Below, in pieces: positions 1-7,629 of a stretch of 48,260 nucleotides of DNA. Under the pieces are notes generated by a model that did not search any database, was not told where the DNA came from, and was given only the letters and a program-made list of their open reading frames with translations. The stretch spans positions 1 to 48,260 of the forward strand of contig CAWBHS010000056.1 of NCBI GenBank assembly GCA_963788655.1, read 5' to 3'. Made by a program: the position numbers and the translations under genes. The stretch comes from an uncultured Verrucomicrobiae bacterium (GTDB lineage: Bacteria; Verrucomicrobiota; Verrucomicrobiia; Limisphaerales; JAFGQR01). Position 1 is the first letter of the stretch, and the number at the start of each line of letters is the position of its first letter.

Positions 1-32
1 TGAGAAACCACGACGAATCAAACAATTAACGC

Positions 33-63
33 TTGACTCTGTCAATCCAAACCATTTATTAAT
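33..63 (+). promoter_or_regulatory. Putative sigma70-type promoter (Pc-like) upstream of the cassette array
   Basis: TTGACT at 33-38 and an AT-rich TATTAAT at 57-63 (about 18 bp spacing). The -35 box sits in the palindrome TTGAC-tct-GTCAA (33-45). It points into the first cassette. Confidence 0.35.
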
Positions 64-99
64 CTTGTCGAAAGTGACAACCGGGAACGTTAACGGAAG

Positions 100-137
100 G
101 TTTCGGATAAACCGACAATTTGCAGTTTATGTTAGGC
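100..137 (+). other. attI: Probable integron attI site (core GTTAGGC)
   Basis: GTTAGGC at 131-137 is the exact complement of GCCTAAC at 495-501, the end of the first ORF. The upstream sequence is AT-rich and lacks an attC-type long hairpin. Confidence 0.5.
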
Positions 138-149
138 CACTTCACACTT

Positions 150-500
150 ATGAGCCGTTCGGTGAAACTAAACATGCTCCTTCTCATCCTGTCGCTTGCC
201 ATTCCTTGGATGGTTGTCTCATTGTGCGATTTCTTCGCGGCAGAGCGGGGCGGTGTTTACGAGGTGAGCCGCGAGTGGCGCTCGGACGGTCTTGGCGGCA
301 CTTACGGAGCATTGGAGTGGGAGGCCTATTCCGACAATCAACTCGTCGCTTGGGAGACAGAGTTTTTTTGCGGCCCGCTGCGAGGTTCGCTACCTTTTTC
401 AGCCCCGGTCTCCATTGCCGTCCTCGCGATGTTGTATGCAGCGCCAGTTTTGGTCGCACTGCTTTTACGCCATGGACACAGACACACACCAACGGCCTAA
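150..500 (+). CDS. Cassette 1: small membrane protein of unknown function
   Basis: The ORF starts just after GTTAGGC (ATG 150; ATG 176-region alternative possible) and its TAA stop lies inside the R'' box GCCTAAC. It has two hydrophobic segments. Confidence 0.6.
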   Translation: MSRSVKLNMLLLILSLAIPWMVVSLCDFFAAERGGVYEVSREWRSDGLGGTYGALEWEAYSDNQLVAWETEFFCGPLRGSLPFSAPVSIAVLAMLYAAPVLVALLLRHGHRHTPTA

Positions 501-620
501 CAAGCGGATGCACACGAACCGCCGCCCCGCGTTTCAGTTTGGACATGCTGGATTGTTTGGACGCTGCATTCGCTGCCAGCGCCCGTCTCCGGCGGCGGTC
601 GGTGATCCTGGTCGTTCGAC
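495..620 (+). other. attC: attC site 1
   Basis: R'' GCCTAAC (495-501) and R' GTTCGAC (614-620), with inner inverted arms ACCGCCGCC/GGCGGCGGT. It is 126 bp long and lies between two short same-strand ORFs. Confidence 0.8.
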
Positions 621-632
621 AGGAGCACACGC

Positions 633-893
633 ATGACGCAGCACTCGCTCAAATCGTTTATTGTTAATGTTGCGCTGAGCAAGCTCGCAATCGCAGCGTT
701 CATCTGGTCATTATTGAAACACATTGGAGCCGTTTGCGTTTTTGTCACTGGGGTCATGGTTATTCGATACTTGCGCCGCGCAGAGATCGGTTGGACCTAC
801 GACTTGCTCGGAGGTATTTTTGGCATCACAGCGATCTGGATTGTGAATGTGGCGAAGACTTTTGCAGCAGCTTACCGAGAATTCTGCCAATGA
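633..893 (+). CDS. Cassette 2: small membrane protein of unknown function
   Basis: AGGAG RBS then ATG 633. Lower GC and hydrophobic. Flanked by GTTCGAC (614) and its complement GTCGAAC (903). Confidence 0.65.
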   Translation: MTQHSLKSFIVNVALSKLAIAAFIWSLLKHIGAVCVFVTGVMVIRYLRRAEIGWTYDLLGGIFGITAIWIVNVAKTFAAAYREFCQ

Positions 894-902
894 AGAATGA
901 AG

Positions 903-1025
903 GTCGAACAGAAGAAAGGAATGTAGAGAACGCGGGGGCGCGAAGACTGGGGGGTTGGAGGAACAGGATCAAGGTTTGAAGTCGGAGCGCTTCGCCCCCG
1001 GGTTCTCTGCATTCCAGGGTTGAAC
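903..1025 (+). other. attC: attC-like site 2 (atypical), joined to an IS91-like end
   Basis: GTCGAAC at 903-909, imperfect inverted arms at 918-945 and 990-1015, and GTTGAAC at 1019-1025. The spacer after R'' is longer than in site 1. Confidence 0.55.
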
Positions 1026-1480
1026 GAAGCCGCGTCGAAGGTTCAGCGGCCCGCCCCGGCGTAACCTGGTGAACCCTTTGCGGAAAGTGTCGCGGGTTCG
1101 CCGGCCGCCCGGTCCCATCGTCCCCCAACCGTTTGCTCCCCAGCCGGCGGCTGGGGTCGCACGACTCCGGAATCCCCCCTTGGCCCTGGACCGAAACGCG
1201 GCGTGGCGGCGCGGGCGCCCGGCGGGCACCACCTCGGGACCGGACGCGAGCACACCGCGCCGGGGGAGCTTCGTCAGTCTCCAACGGGAATGGCTCCAGG
1301 GCGGGGGCGCTTTCATGGGGCGGGCGGGGCGCGGCCCGGCGGCGGCCGCGGTAAGGGATGCCCGGCGCGCCACCGCGCCACGCGCACCAGTTCCCCGCCA
1401 CAGTGCGGACACTGGGAGCGTTGCGGAACGCTCGTTGCGGGTTGCGCGTCCGGGTCCGCGGGTTCGTGGCCAAGCCGACC
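1019..1480 (-). mobile_element. 3' remnant of an IS91-family (Y2 HUH) transposase gene with its downstream ori-side end
   Basis: The minus-strand frame ending at 1313 reads CPHCGGELVRVARWR...PRPPPGRAPP*, resembling IS91-type transposase C-termini (CxxC knuckle, RAPP). About 290 bp of very GC-rich non-coding DNA follows, ending GGCTTCGTTCAAC. The catalytic domain is absent. Confidence 0.5.
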
Positions 1481-1871
1481 GCAAGGCAGGCCCAGGGGAG
1501 GCAGCAGGAAGAGGATCGAACAAGCCAAGGCCGGTCGGTAATGGACCGGATAGGCCCACGTCGATCTGGTGTCTCCTGGCAAGAAAATCAGCGGAACCCC
1601 TTCAAGCGAGAGAAGCATAGGACGAGCGACGCCCGTCGCTTGGTGCCTCTCGGTGCTGCGGCCCAAAGGAGCCGAGCGCGATATGGCCGCCGACCGGTAT
1701 TGCCAAGTGGGATTGGGAAGGTCCATGACGCCTTTGGGTGTCACCGGCCTCCTGGTTACGCGGATCCCCCGCATCCGGGGTGGCCTTGGAGAGGCTTGAG
1801 CCGTGATGAAGGGAAACTTTCAAGTCCGGTTCTTAGGGGGCGTGGGCGGGCGACCGCCTGCGCCTACCGGT
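1470..1871 (+). ncRNA. Group II intron fragment (domains V-VI clear; IEP deleted; 5' end apparently missing)
   Basis: DV-like GAGCCG(T)GATGAAGG-GAAA-CTTTCAAGTCCGGTTC at 1798-1832 (AGC triad, GAAA loop). DVI hairpin GGCGTGGGCGG-GCGA-CCGCCTGCGCC with a bulged A at about 1866. No RT ORF. The 5' boundary is approximate. Confidence 0.8.
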
Positions 1872-1884
1872 GAAACGGCGAGTC

Positions 1885-1913
1885 TTGCCAGTAGCGCGTT
1901 GTCTGTGTAAGCT
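1885..1913 (+). promoter_or_regulatory. Sigma70 promoter of the hicBA cassette (probably leaderless mRNA)
   Basis: TTGCCA (1885-1890), 17 bp, TAAGCT (1908-1913). The hicB ATG lies 7 nt downstream of the -10 box. Confidence 0.6.
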
Positions 1914-1920
1914 GGGAACC

Positions 1921-2148
1921 ATGGAAAGTAGCTATACGGCAATTGTTAAGCAGGATGGTGACTGGTGGATTGGCTGGGTTGAAGAAGTGCCAGGCGTCAA
2001 CGCTCAGGAAAGAACCAAAGAGGAACTGTTTATCAGTCTCAAAGAGGCCTTGAAGGATATTCTGGAGCTGAATCGTGAAGATGCTCGCAAAGCCGCAGTG
2101 GAAGGTTATGAAGAAGTTACCCTTGCCGGCATGAAGCGCAGGGATTAA
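1921..2148 (+). CDS. hicB: HicB-family antitoxin (true stop probably at about 2134, overlapping the hicA ATGA)
   Basis: MESSYTAIVKQDGDWWIGWVEEVPGVNAQERTKEEL...LKEAL matches the short HicB pattern. Confidence 0.85.
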   Translation: MESSYTAIVKQDGDWWIGWVEEVPGVNAQERTKEELFISLKEALKDILELNREDARKAAVEGYEEVTLAGMKRRD

Positions 2149-2314
2149 TTCGGCACTTGACCGCGCATGGTTGCCAGTTGATCAGAGAAGGAGGGAAGCA
2201 TTCAGTCTGGGTAACCCGATCACCAGCCGAAAGACAGCCGTTCCTCGCCACAGTGAGATCAGGGACTTGTTGGCGCGAAAGATCTGCAGAGATTCGGAAA
2301 TACCCGAACCATGA
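2131..2314 (+). CDS. hicA: HicA-family toxin, split by two 1-nt frameshifts
   Basis: Joined frames read MKRRD(L)IRHLTAHGCQLIREGGKHSVWV(N)PITSRKTAVPRHSEIRDLLARKICRDSEIPEP*, with the GxH and VPRH motifs. Shifts are at about 2146 and 2214. Confidence 0.8.
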
Positions 2315-2324
2315 AAACAGAAAT

Positions 2325-2432
2325 TCCGAACAAGGGCGATTCACCGAACAGCCGACCCGCTTGGCAGTTTGCTGCTGGCGTTTCGCTTGGAATCGGTATC
2401 GTCATTCGCGGCGGTCGGTGATCTCGTTAGGC
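2325..2432 (+). other. attC: attC site 3 (somewhat degenerate)
   Basis: TCCGAAC (2325-2331) to GTTAGGC (2426-2432). It shares GCGGCGGTCGGTGATC with the right arm of attC 1. Confidence 0.7.
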
Positions 2433-2454
2433 TACTGGACACACACTCCTTGCT

Positions 2455-2748
2455 TTGCACGAAATCAAAAGACTGCCGGCCAAGCAGTTGGAAGAGCTTC
2501 GGATGTATTTGTTGATTCGGGCTGCTGAGGCGGGACCAGATGGGCTTTCGCTGGAATTGATGCACCTTAGTTCGAGACTTCAGGGGTTTCAGTGTGACGT
2601 CGCGAATATTCGAGCTGAGTGCCAGTATTTAGTTGATTTGAAGTTTCTGGTTGAGATTGGTGACACCTTGTGCAAGGGACACCTGAAGGTTAGGATTTTC
2701 GCGACTGGCAGAGACTATCTTGAGAAGCATGGGTTTCCGAGTTCATAG
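2455..2748 (+). CDS. Cassette 4: hypothetical protein (possibly winged-helix-like); start uncertain
   Basis: Lower-GC ORF bounded by GTTAGGC (2426) and its complement GCCTAAC (2755-2761). Confidence 0.55.
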   Translation: MHEIKRLPAKQLEELRMYLLIRAAEAGPDGLSLELMHLSSRLQGFQCDVANIRAECQYLVDLKFLVEIGDTLCKGHLKVRIFATGRDYLEKHGFPSS

Positions 2749-2837
2749 CAGAAAGCCTAACGAAGAAAGATAGCTTTGGCCGGAGCGCGCATGGTTGGGG
2801 CCTTTGTTTTACCCTAAGCTTAAAACACTAACAGGCC

Positions 2838-2907
2838 ATCGCCGCCGAGGTAAGGAGGTGGAGTACCGGAAGGACCATCCCGTCCGCCTGCTTGCTTCGG
2901 CGGCTAC
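2838..2907. repeat. REP-like palindromic repeat (GCCGCCGAGGTAAGGAGG...CGGCGGCTAC family)
   Basis: Similar to the hairpin cores at 29629-29713 and 41009-41084. Confidence 0.55.
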
Positions 2908-2950
2908 GGCGAGGGTGAACTGTTCGGCCTTCGGATTTTCCGCGCTGCGG

Positions 2951-3631
2951 TCAGTGCCGGGGCAGCTTGCCGCGAGTCTGGTTGCGAATTTCTTTAATCA
3001 GTGCGGGCGGTGCTGGACGGATCCCTTCGAACGGTGAGAAATAGACAGCCGGCGGCGCTTTTAATGTGTACGGCTTCGGTTCTTCGCCTTTGGCGACGTA
3101 AGGAACTACCACCGCCGTCCCATCCAGCAACACCACAAACCCTTGCGCATGGATGCGATACTGCCCCTGCACGACTCCGACAATTCCGTTGGTGACGCTC
3201 ACTTCATACACCGCAGTCGTCGGCACGGCATGGGAATTTCCCAATAATGTGCCCGCGGCCAGGCGCAATTGAATGCTCATCGCCGCCTGGGCTGCGGGTT
3301 CGGTGTTGACCACCTTTTCCACCGTCAAGACCGTGTTTTCCGTCAGTCGAATCACACCCACCACCTCGCCCAAATCCAGATCGAGGGCGGATTTGGAGCC
3401 GGTGTAAATCGTTGCTCCCGCCGGCAGTTTCATCCCCGGACGAAGCGCCACCGAACTCTGATCGGGCATCTTGGCCGAAGCTCTCCCCAGCACGCCCACG
3501 ACGGACCCGCCGTTAATTTGGGCGTTGGCTGGGGCGGGATTGAGCAGCATCACCAAACCGGCCAGGCAACCCCAAAGTGAAATTCCATCCCGAAAACGGG
3601 TCCATGTTCGTATCGTTGTTTCCATACACAT
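2951..3631 (-). CDS. Secreted FecR-domain protein
   Basis: Signal peptide, then GRASAK...LRPGMKLPAGATIYTGSKSALDLDLG...VIRLTENTVLTV, a FecR-like pattern. Confidence 0.65.
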   Translation of the reverse strand: MCMETTIRTWTRFRDGISLWGCLAGLVMLLNPAPANAQINGGSVVGVLGRASAKMPDQSSVALRPGMKLPAGATIYTGSKSALDLDLGEVVGVIRLTENTVLTVEKVVNTEPAAQAAMSIQLRLAAGTLLGNSHAVPTTAVYEVSVTNGIVGVVQGQYRIHAQGFVVLLDGTAVVVPYVAKGEEPKPYTLKAPPAVYFSPFEGIRPAPPALIKEIRNQTRGKLPRH

Positions 3632-3750
3632 TGCCGCGAATAGATTCGTGTGCCGTCAAAACCGCGCACGATGTCGATTTAGCGATCCGCATCCAGGACG
3701 TGTCAATGCGTTTTCGTTCCACCACGATCAGAGCAGGACTGGGCAGATGA

Positions 3751-3875
3751 CCGAAAACCAAAGGCCGAAATCCGAAAGAAATCCGAATTCCGAAGCCCGA
3801 ACGCAGTTCCGCTTTTGCCTTTCAACTCAGCACCTCGCGGGCCAGATGCCTTGGGATTTCGGCTTTCAGATTTTA
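3751..3875. repeat. Degenerate inverted heptamer-like repeats (CCGAAAT / ATTTCGG)
   Basis: Runs of (t)ccgaa(a) at 3751-3801 face the complementary gatttcggctttcagattt at 3855-3873. Similar degenerate runs occur at about 2922-2940 and 17838-18058. Confidence 0.5.
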
Positions 3876-4139
3876 AACCTCGGCTTCATTTCTCCCGAGT
3901 GTTGCGGGGTAAAGCGGTCGCGCTCCGCCCAATGTAGGACAGGCATCCCGCCGGTCCCGAAGGTCCAAACGGCGTTCAATATTCTACCAGCCGCTCAATG
4001 GAGCGGGGGAACGTGGCCTGGTTCGGGACCGCCGAGACGGCGGTCCTACTTCGGCTTTGGAATTTCAATCGGAGCTTGGAAAACCTGCCGTTTGCCGCTA
4101 TCGCTTCTACCGGAAAAAGCAAAGACAGAAATTCTGACT

Positions 4140-5147
4140 ATGAAATACAGACCGTTGGGCAACTCAAACATTTCCGCGTCCGTCGTCGCTTTCGGCGCCT
4201 GGGTGCTGGGCGGGGGCCAGGTGTGGGGCAAAGACCCCGACGACCGCGAATCCATTCGCACCCTCCAGGCGGCCATCGACGCCGGCGTGAATCTCATTGA
4301 TACCGCGCCCGCCTATGGTTGGGGGCGCAGCGAGCGCGTCGTCGGCCAAGCTCTCAAAGGCCGGCGCGACAAAGCCGTGGTGGCCACCAAGTGCGGCCTC
4401 TGGTGGGACGACGACCGCGGCTCGTTCTTCGCCGAAATGGACGGCAAGCGCATGCATCGCAGCTTACGATCGGACACCCTTCAGCTTGAAATTGAGAACA
4501 GCCTAAAGCGCCTGGACGTCGATTGCCTTGATCTTTATCAGACCCACTGGCCTTCCTGCCCGCCGGAACATACTCCCATCGCGGACAGCATGGCCACGCT
4601 GATCAAGCTGAAAGACCAGGGCAAAATCCGCGCCATCGGCGTGAGCAACGTTTCGCTCGATGAACTCAAGGAAAACCTCAAGTGCGGCCCGGTGGTCAGC
4701 GACCAATTCCGATACTCGATGCTGACCCGCGACGCCGAACGCGACCTTCTCCCATGCTGCGCCGAGCACCATCTGGCCACGCTTACCTACATGTCGCTCG
4801 AACAAGGTTTGCTGACCGGCAAGATCGGCATGAATTACCAGTTTGCCCCCGGCGAATTTCGCACCAACGCCGATTGGAATCCCTGGTTCATCCCGACCAA
4901 CCGTCGCAAAGTGCTGGCCATGTTGGCGGGTTGGAAGGAACTCACGGACAAATACAATTGCACGCTGGCGCAGCTCACCATCGCCTGGACGGCAGCCCAA
5001 CCGGGCGTCACCCACGTGCTTTGCGGCACGCGCAATGAAAAACAATTGCGCGATAACATTCAGGCCGGTGAACTCGCAATCGAATCCGCCGACTTGGAAC
5101 GAATCCGCAAAGAGGTCGTCGCTCTCGGGGCACCCGCCAAATCCTGA
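4140..5147 (+). CDS. Aldo/keto reductase
   Basis: MKYRPLG, IDTAPAYG, VVATK, SLKRL..D.LDLYQTHWP and GKIRAIGVSN motifs. The real start is ATG 4140. Confidence 0.93.
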   Translation: MKYRPLGNSNISASVVAFGAWVLGGGQVWGKDPDDRESIRTLQAAIDAGVNLIDTAPAYGWGRSERVVGQALKGRRDKAVVATKCGLWWDDDRGSFFAEMDGKRMHRSLRSDTLQLEIENSLKRLDVDCLDLYQTHWPSCPPEHTPIADSMATLIKLKDQGKIRAIGVSNVSLDELKENLKCGPVVSDQFRYSMLTRDAERDLLPCCAEHHLATLTYMSLEQGLLTGKIGMNYQFAPGEFRTNADWNPWFIPTNRRKVLAMLAGWKELTDKYNCTLAQLTIAWTAAQPGVTHVLCGTRNEKQLRDNIQAGELAIESADLERIRKEVVALGAPAKS

Positions 5148-5188
5148 ACGCACAGGCCGAGACTCACCAGCTTCACCGGCGGGGGCGC

Positions 5189-6391
5189 TTGCCGCGCCCG
5201 CTGATCGCCGGCATGGTCCTGCAATTTGCGGCCAGTGGCGCGGTGTTGCCGTTTATCACGCTGTTGTTGCGGGACCGCGGATTGTCGTTCGACCGCATCA
5301 GCACCATTCTGCTGGCGGGATCGGCCATCATGCTGGTGGCGCCATTTTTCTGGGGCATGCTGGCCGACCGGTATGTGGCGTTGGACCGGTTGTTTGTCAT
5401 CATCAATGTTCTGGGCGCGGCGGCCTTGGCAGGTTTGGCGGCGCAAACCACGTTCGCCGGGTTGCTGATTGCGTTTACGCTCTATACGGCATGCCTGACG
5501 CCCACGTTCTCCCTGATCAACGCCCTGAGCTTCCATCATCTGCCTCATCCTCGGGAGCAATTCGGCCGGTTGCGCTCGTGTGGTTCGTTGGGTTGGGTCT
5601 TGCCGTTCCTGCCCATCGCCTGCTGGACCGCTTGGCGACCCGAAGCCGGATTGAACTTCACCTTGCATCTGGGTATGGGCCTCTGCCTGGTCATGGCCAT
5701 CCTGGCGTTCTGGCTGCCGCCCACGCCGCCGCTTGCCCGGTGCCGTCGCGCTGCTGACTCCGGCACGATCCCGATGGGCGGCATCTATGTTCCCGCCGTG
5801 AAACGATTGTTGAGCGACGTGAATTACCTGGTGGTGTTGGCCGCGATGTTGTTGGTCGCCGGGTCGTTCGCCGTGCTCACGTATTACTCGCCGCCCTTCC
5901 TGGAAGACTTGGGCGTGCCCCGGCCGTGGATTGGCCCCATTCAAGCCCTGGGAGTGATCTGCGAAATCATACTGTTCCAGGTGCAACCCGCGCTGATCCG
6001 CCGCTGGAACTACGCCACGGTGATTCTGATCGGTTGCGGGGCGTTGCTGCTGCGTCAGCTTATGTTCGCCCAACTGAATGATCCCTGGCTGTTGTCGGCC
6101 AGCTACGTCTTGGCGGGCATGGTCATTGTTTTCTTTCACATGGGCATCAGCGTGCTGGTCAATGCGCTGGCGGCCGCCGAAGTGCGCGCGACGGCGCAGA
6201 CGCTCCTGGCGTTTTGCGGATTGGGGCTCGGTCCGATGTTGGCCAACTGGACCGCCGGCCGGCTGGCCCTTAAATTCGATAACAACTTGCGTCCAGTATT
6301 TCTCTTTGCCGCCGGGATGGCGGCCTTGGCGGCGCTGCTCATTGGTTTGCGCGGCAAGCAACTCAACCAGGCGGGGCTCGTGGAACGGTAA
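5189..6391 (+). CDS. MFS transporter (nucleoside:H+ symporter-like)
   Basis: About 12 hydrophobic segments, with WGMLADRY, FGRLRSCGSLGW and RATAQ motifs. Confidence 0.85.
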   Translation: MPRPLIAGMVLQFAASGAVLPFITLLLRDRGLSFDRISTILLAGSAIMLVAPFFWGMLADRYVALDRLFVIINVLGAAALAGLAAQTTFAGLLIAFTLYTACLTPTFSLINALSFHHLPHPREQFGRLRSCGSLGWVLPFLPIACWTAWRPEAGLNFTLHLGMGLCLVMAILAFWLPPTPPLARCRRAADSGTIPMGGIYVPAVKRLLSDVNYLVVLAAMLLVAGSFAVLTYYSPPFLEDLGVPRPWIGPIQALGVICEIILFQVQPALIRRWNYATVILIGCGALLLRQLMFAQLNDPWLLSASYVLAGMVIVFFHMGISVLVNALAAAEVRATAQTLLAFCGLGLGPMLANWTAGRLALKFDNNLRPVFLFAAGMAALAALLIGLRGKQLNQAGLVER

Positions 6392-6426
6392 GGACCCAGG
6401 ACCTCATCCCCCACCTTCGCCGCTGA

Positions 6427-7629
6427 TTAATTCAGCGCCAGAATATCCAGGGCGCTGGACTGGGTGGGCTGCGGCAGATCCTTTAATCGTTGTTCAGCTT
6501 CTTTGGCCAGGCGCTCGGCCTCGGCGACATGGGGACGCGCGGTGCGCCAGCCCAATTGGGCGTATTCGTAACCGGCCCAAATTAATTGCACCTCCAGTTT
6601 GGCGACTTCGTCCGCCACCGTGTCAAAGGCCGGATGCCGCTTCAGCGACTCGGCAAGTTTCCACAAATCGGGACGGACCATCTTGATCTTTTCCGACAAT
6701 GGCAAATCCGGTCCCGGATTCAGCTCGCCATTTTCCAGCTTTTGAACAATCCGATGCGCCTGCCGTGCGGCCTCCATGACGATACCGCTCCGGTCTTTGG
6801 ATTCATTTTCGGCCCGGGCAAAATCAAGCCAGCGCTGGGCCTTGGCAAAGGCATAACTGCGGATGGGCAGGCCGTGGGCATTCAGCTCGCGCAGGCGTTC
6901 CTGCAAGGCGTCGAGATTGAGGACAGCGGTGGGGTCCGCGCCCGGCGTTGCGGCCGTGCCGGTGAAGGGCTGCGGACGGAAGGGTTTGCGGTGATACTGC
7001 ATACGCTGGCAAGCCGTATCCGCATATTGCTCCGCCTTTTCCAGCGTCGGTTTGGCCACCCGCCACCCGCGATTCTTGTAATCGTAGGCCGCCCAAACCA
7101 ATTGCACTTCCAGAAAGGCAACCGCGACTTCCCCCGCTTGGAAGTTGGGTTGCCGCTTGAGTTCTCGGGCCAACTCCCACAGGTCTGGACGGATGGACGG
7201 CACGAACGGAAACACGACGGTTTCCCGGCGGGGGTCCGACTTCTTGGACTCAAGCTGCCCAATCAGATTGGTCGCCACGGAGAAGGCTGCCGCCACCAGC
7301 GGACCGCGGTCGGTATCGGTTAATTCCGATTTGGAACAGAGCAGCCACTGTTGGGCTTTGGCCAGAAAATACCGATCGTTCGCTGGGTCCGCGACCAGCT
7401 TTTGCAGGCGGACCTGCCATCCATCGTAAGCCTTCAACAAGGCGCGGGCCTGCGATTCATGCAGCGGAGAGTAGGTTTCCGGCGCGGCCCCGGCCCCGGG
7501 CCCTTGAATCAGACTGCCCACCAGGCCCAAGATCACCGCCATCCGCCCACCAAGCCGCCAGGCCGTCCGGCTTTTCGCCGGCGCTGGGCTTAACTGGGTT
7601 GGAAGGTTTACGATCATGGGCTGCTTCAT
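6427..7629 (-). CDS. Exported hypothetical protein with an internally duplicated helical domain
   Basis: Two copies of YxxAKAQxWL...RPDLWxLAxxLKRxPxF...LEVQLxWAxYxY...GWRxA. Its ATG overlaps the upstream gene's TGA (7626-7629). Confidence 0.75.
   Translation of the reverse strand: MKQPMIVNLPTQLSPAPAKSRTAWRLGGRMAVILGLVGSLIQGPGAGAAPETYSPLHESQARALLKAYDGWQVRLQKLVADPANDRYFLAKAQQWLLCSKSELTDTDRGPLVAAAFSVATNLIGQLESKKSDPRRETVVFPFVPSIRPDLWELARELKRQPNFQAGEVAVAFLEVQLVWAAYDYKNRGWRVAKPTLEKAEQYADTACQRMQYHRKPFRPQPFTGTAATPGADPTAVLNLDALQERLRELNAHGLPIRSYAFAKAQRWLDFARAENESKDRSGIVMEAARQAHRIVQKLENGELNPGPDLPLSEKIKMVRPDLWKLAESLKRHPAFDTVADEVAKLEVQLIWAGYEYAQLGWRTARPHVAEAERLAKEAEQRLKDLPQPTQSSALDILALN

Noticed and set aside
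1470..1871. Retron, DGR or group IIC-attC intron
   Set aside because: There is no reverse transcriptase or TR/VR pair, the DV has an AGC triad and full length, and the element is not inserted in the attC bottom strand.
826..1873. Multiple overlapping Arg/Pro/Gly-rich ORFs
   Set aside because: These are GC-rich shadow frames over an attC-like site, an IS91-like end and intron RNA. Only the CPHC...RAPP tail is credible.
3471..4139. N-terminal extension of the aldo/keto reductase ORF (similarly 31620-32048, 21590-21826, 34616-34780)
   Set aside because: These are open frames through intergenic or repeat DNA. Family homology or signal peptides begin at later ATGs.
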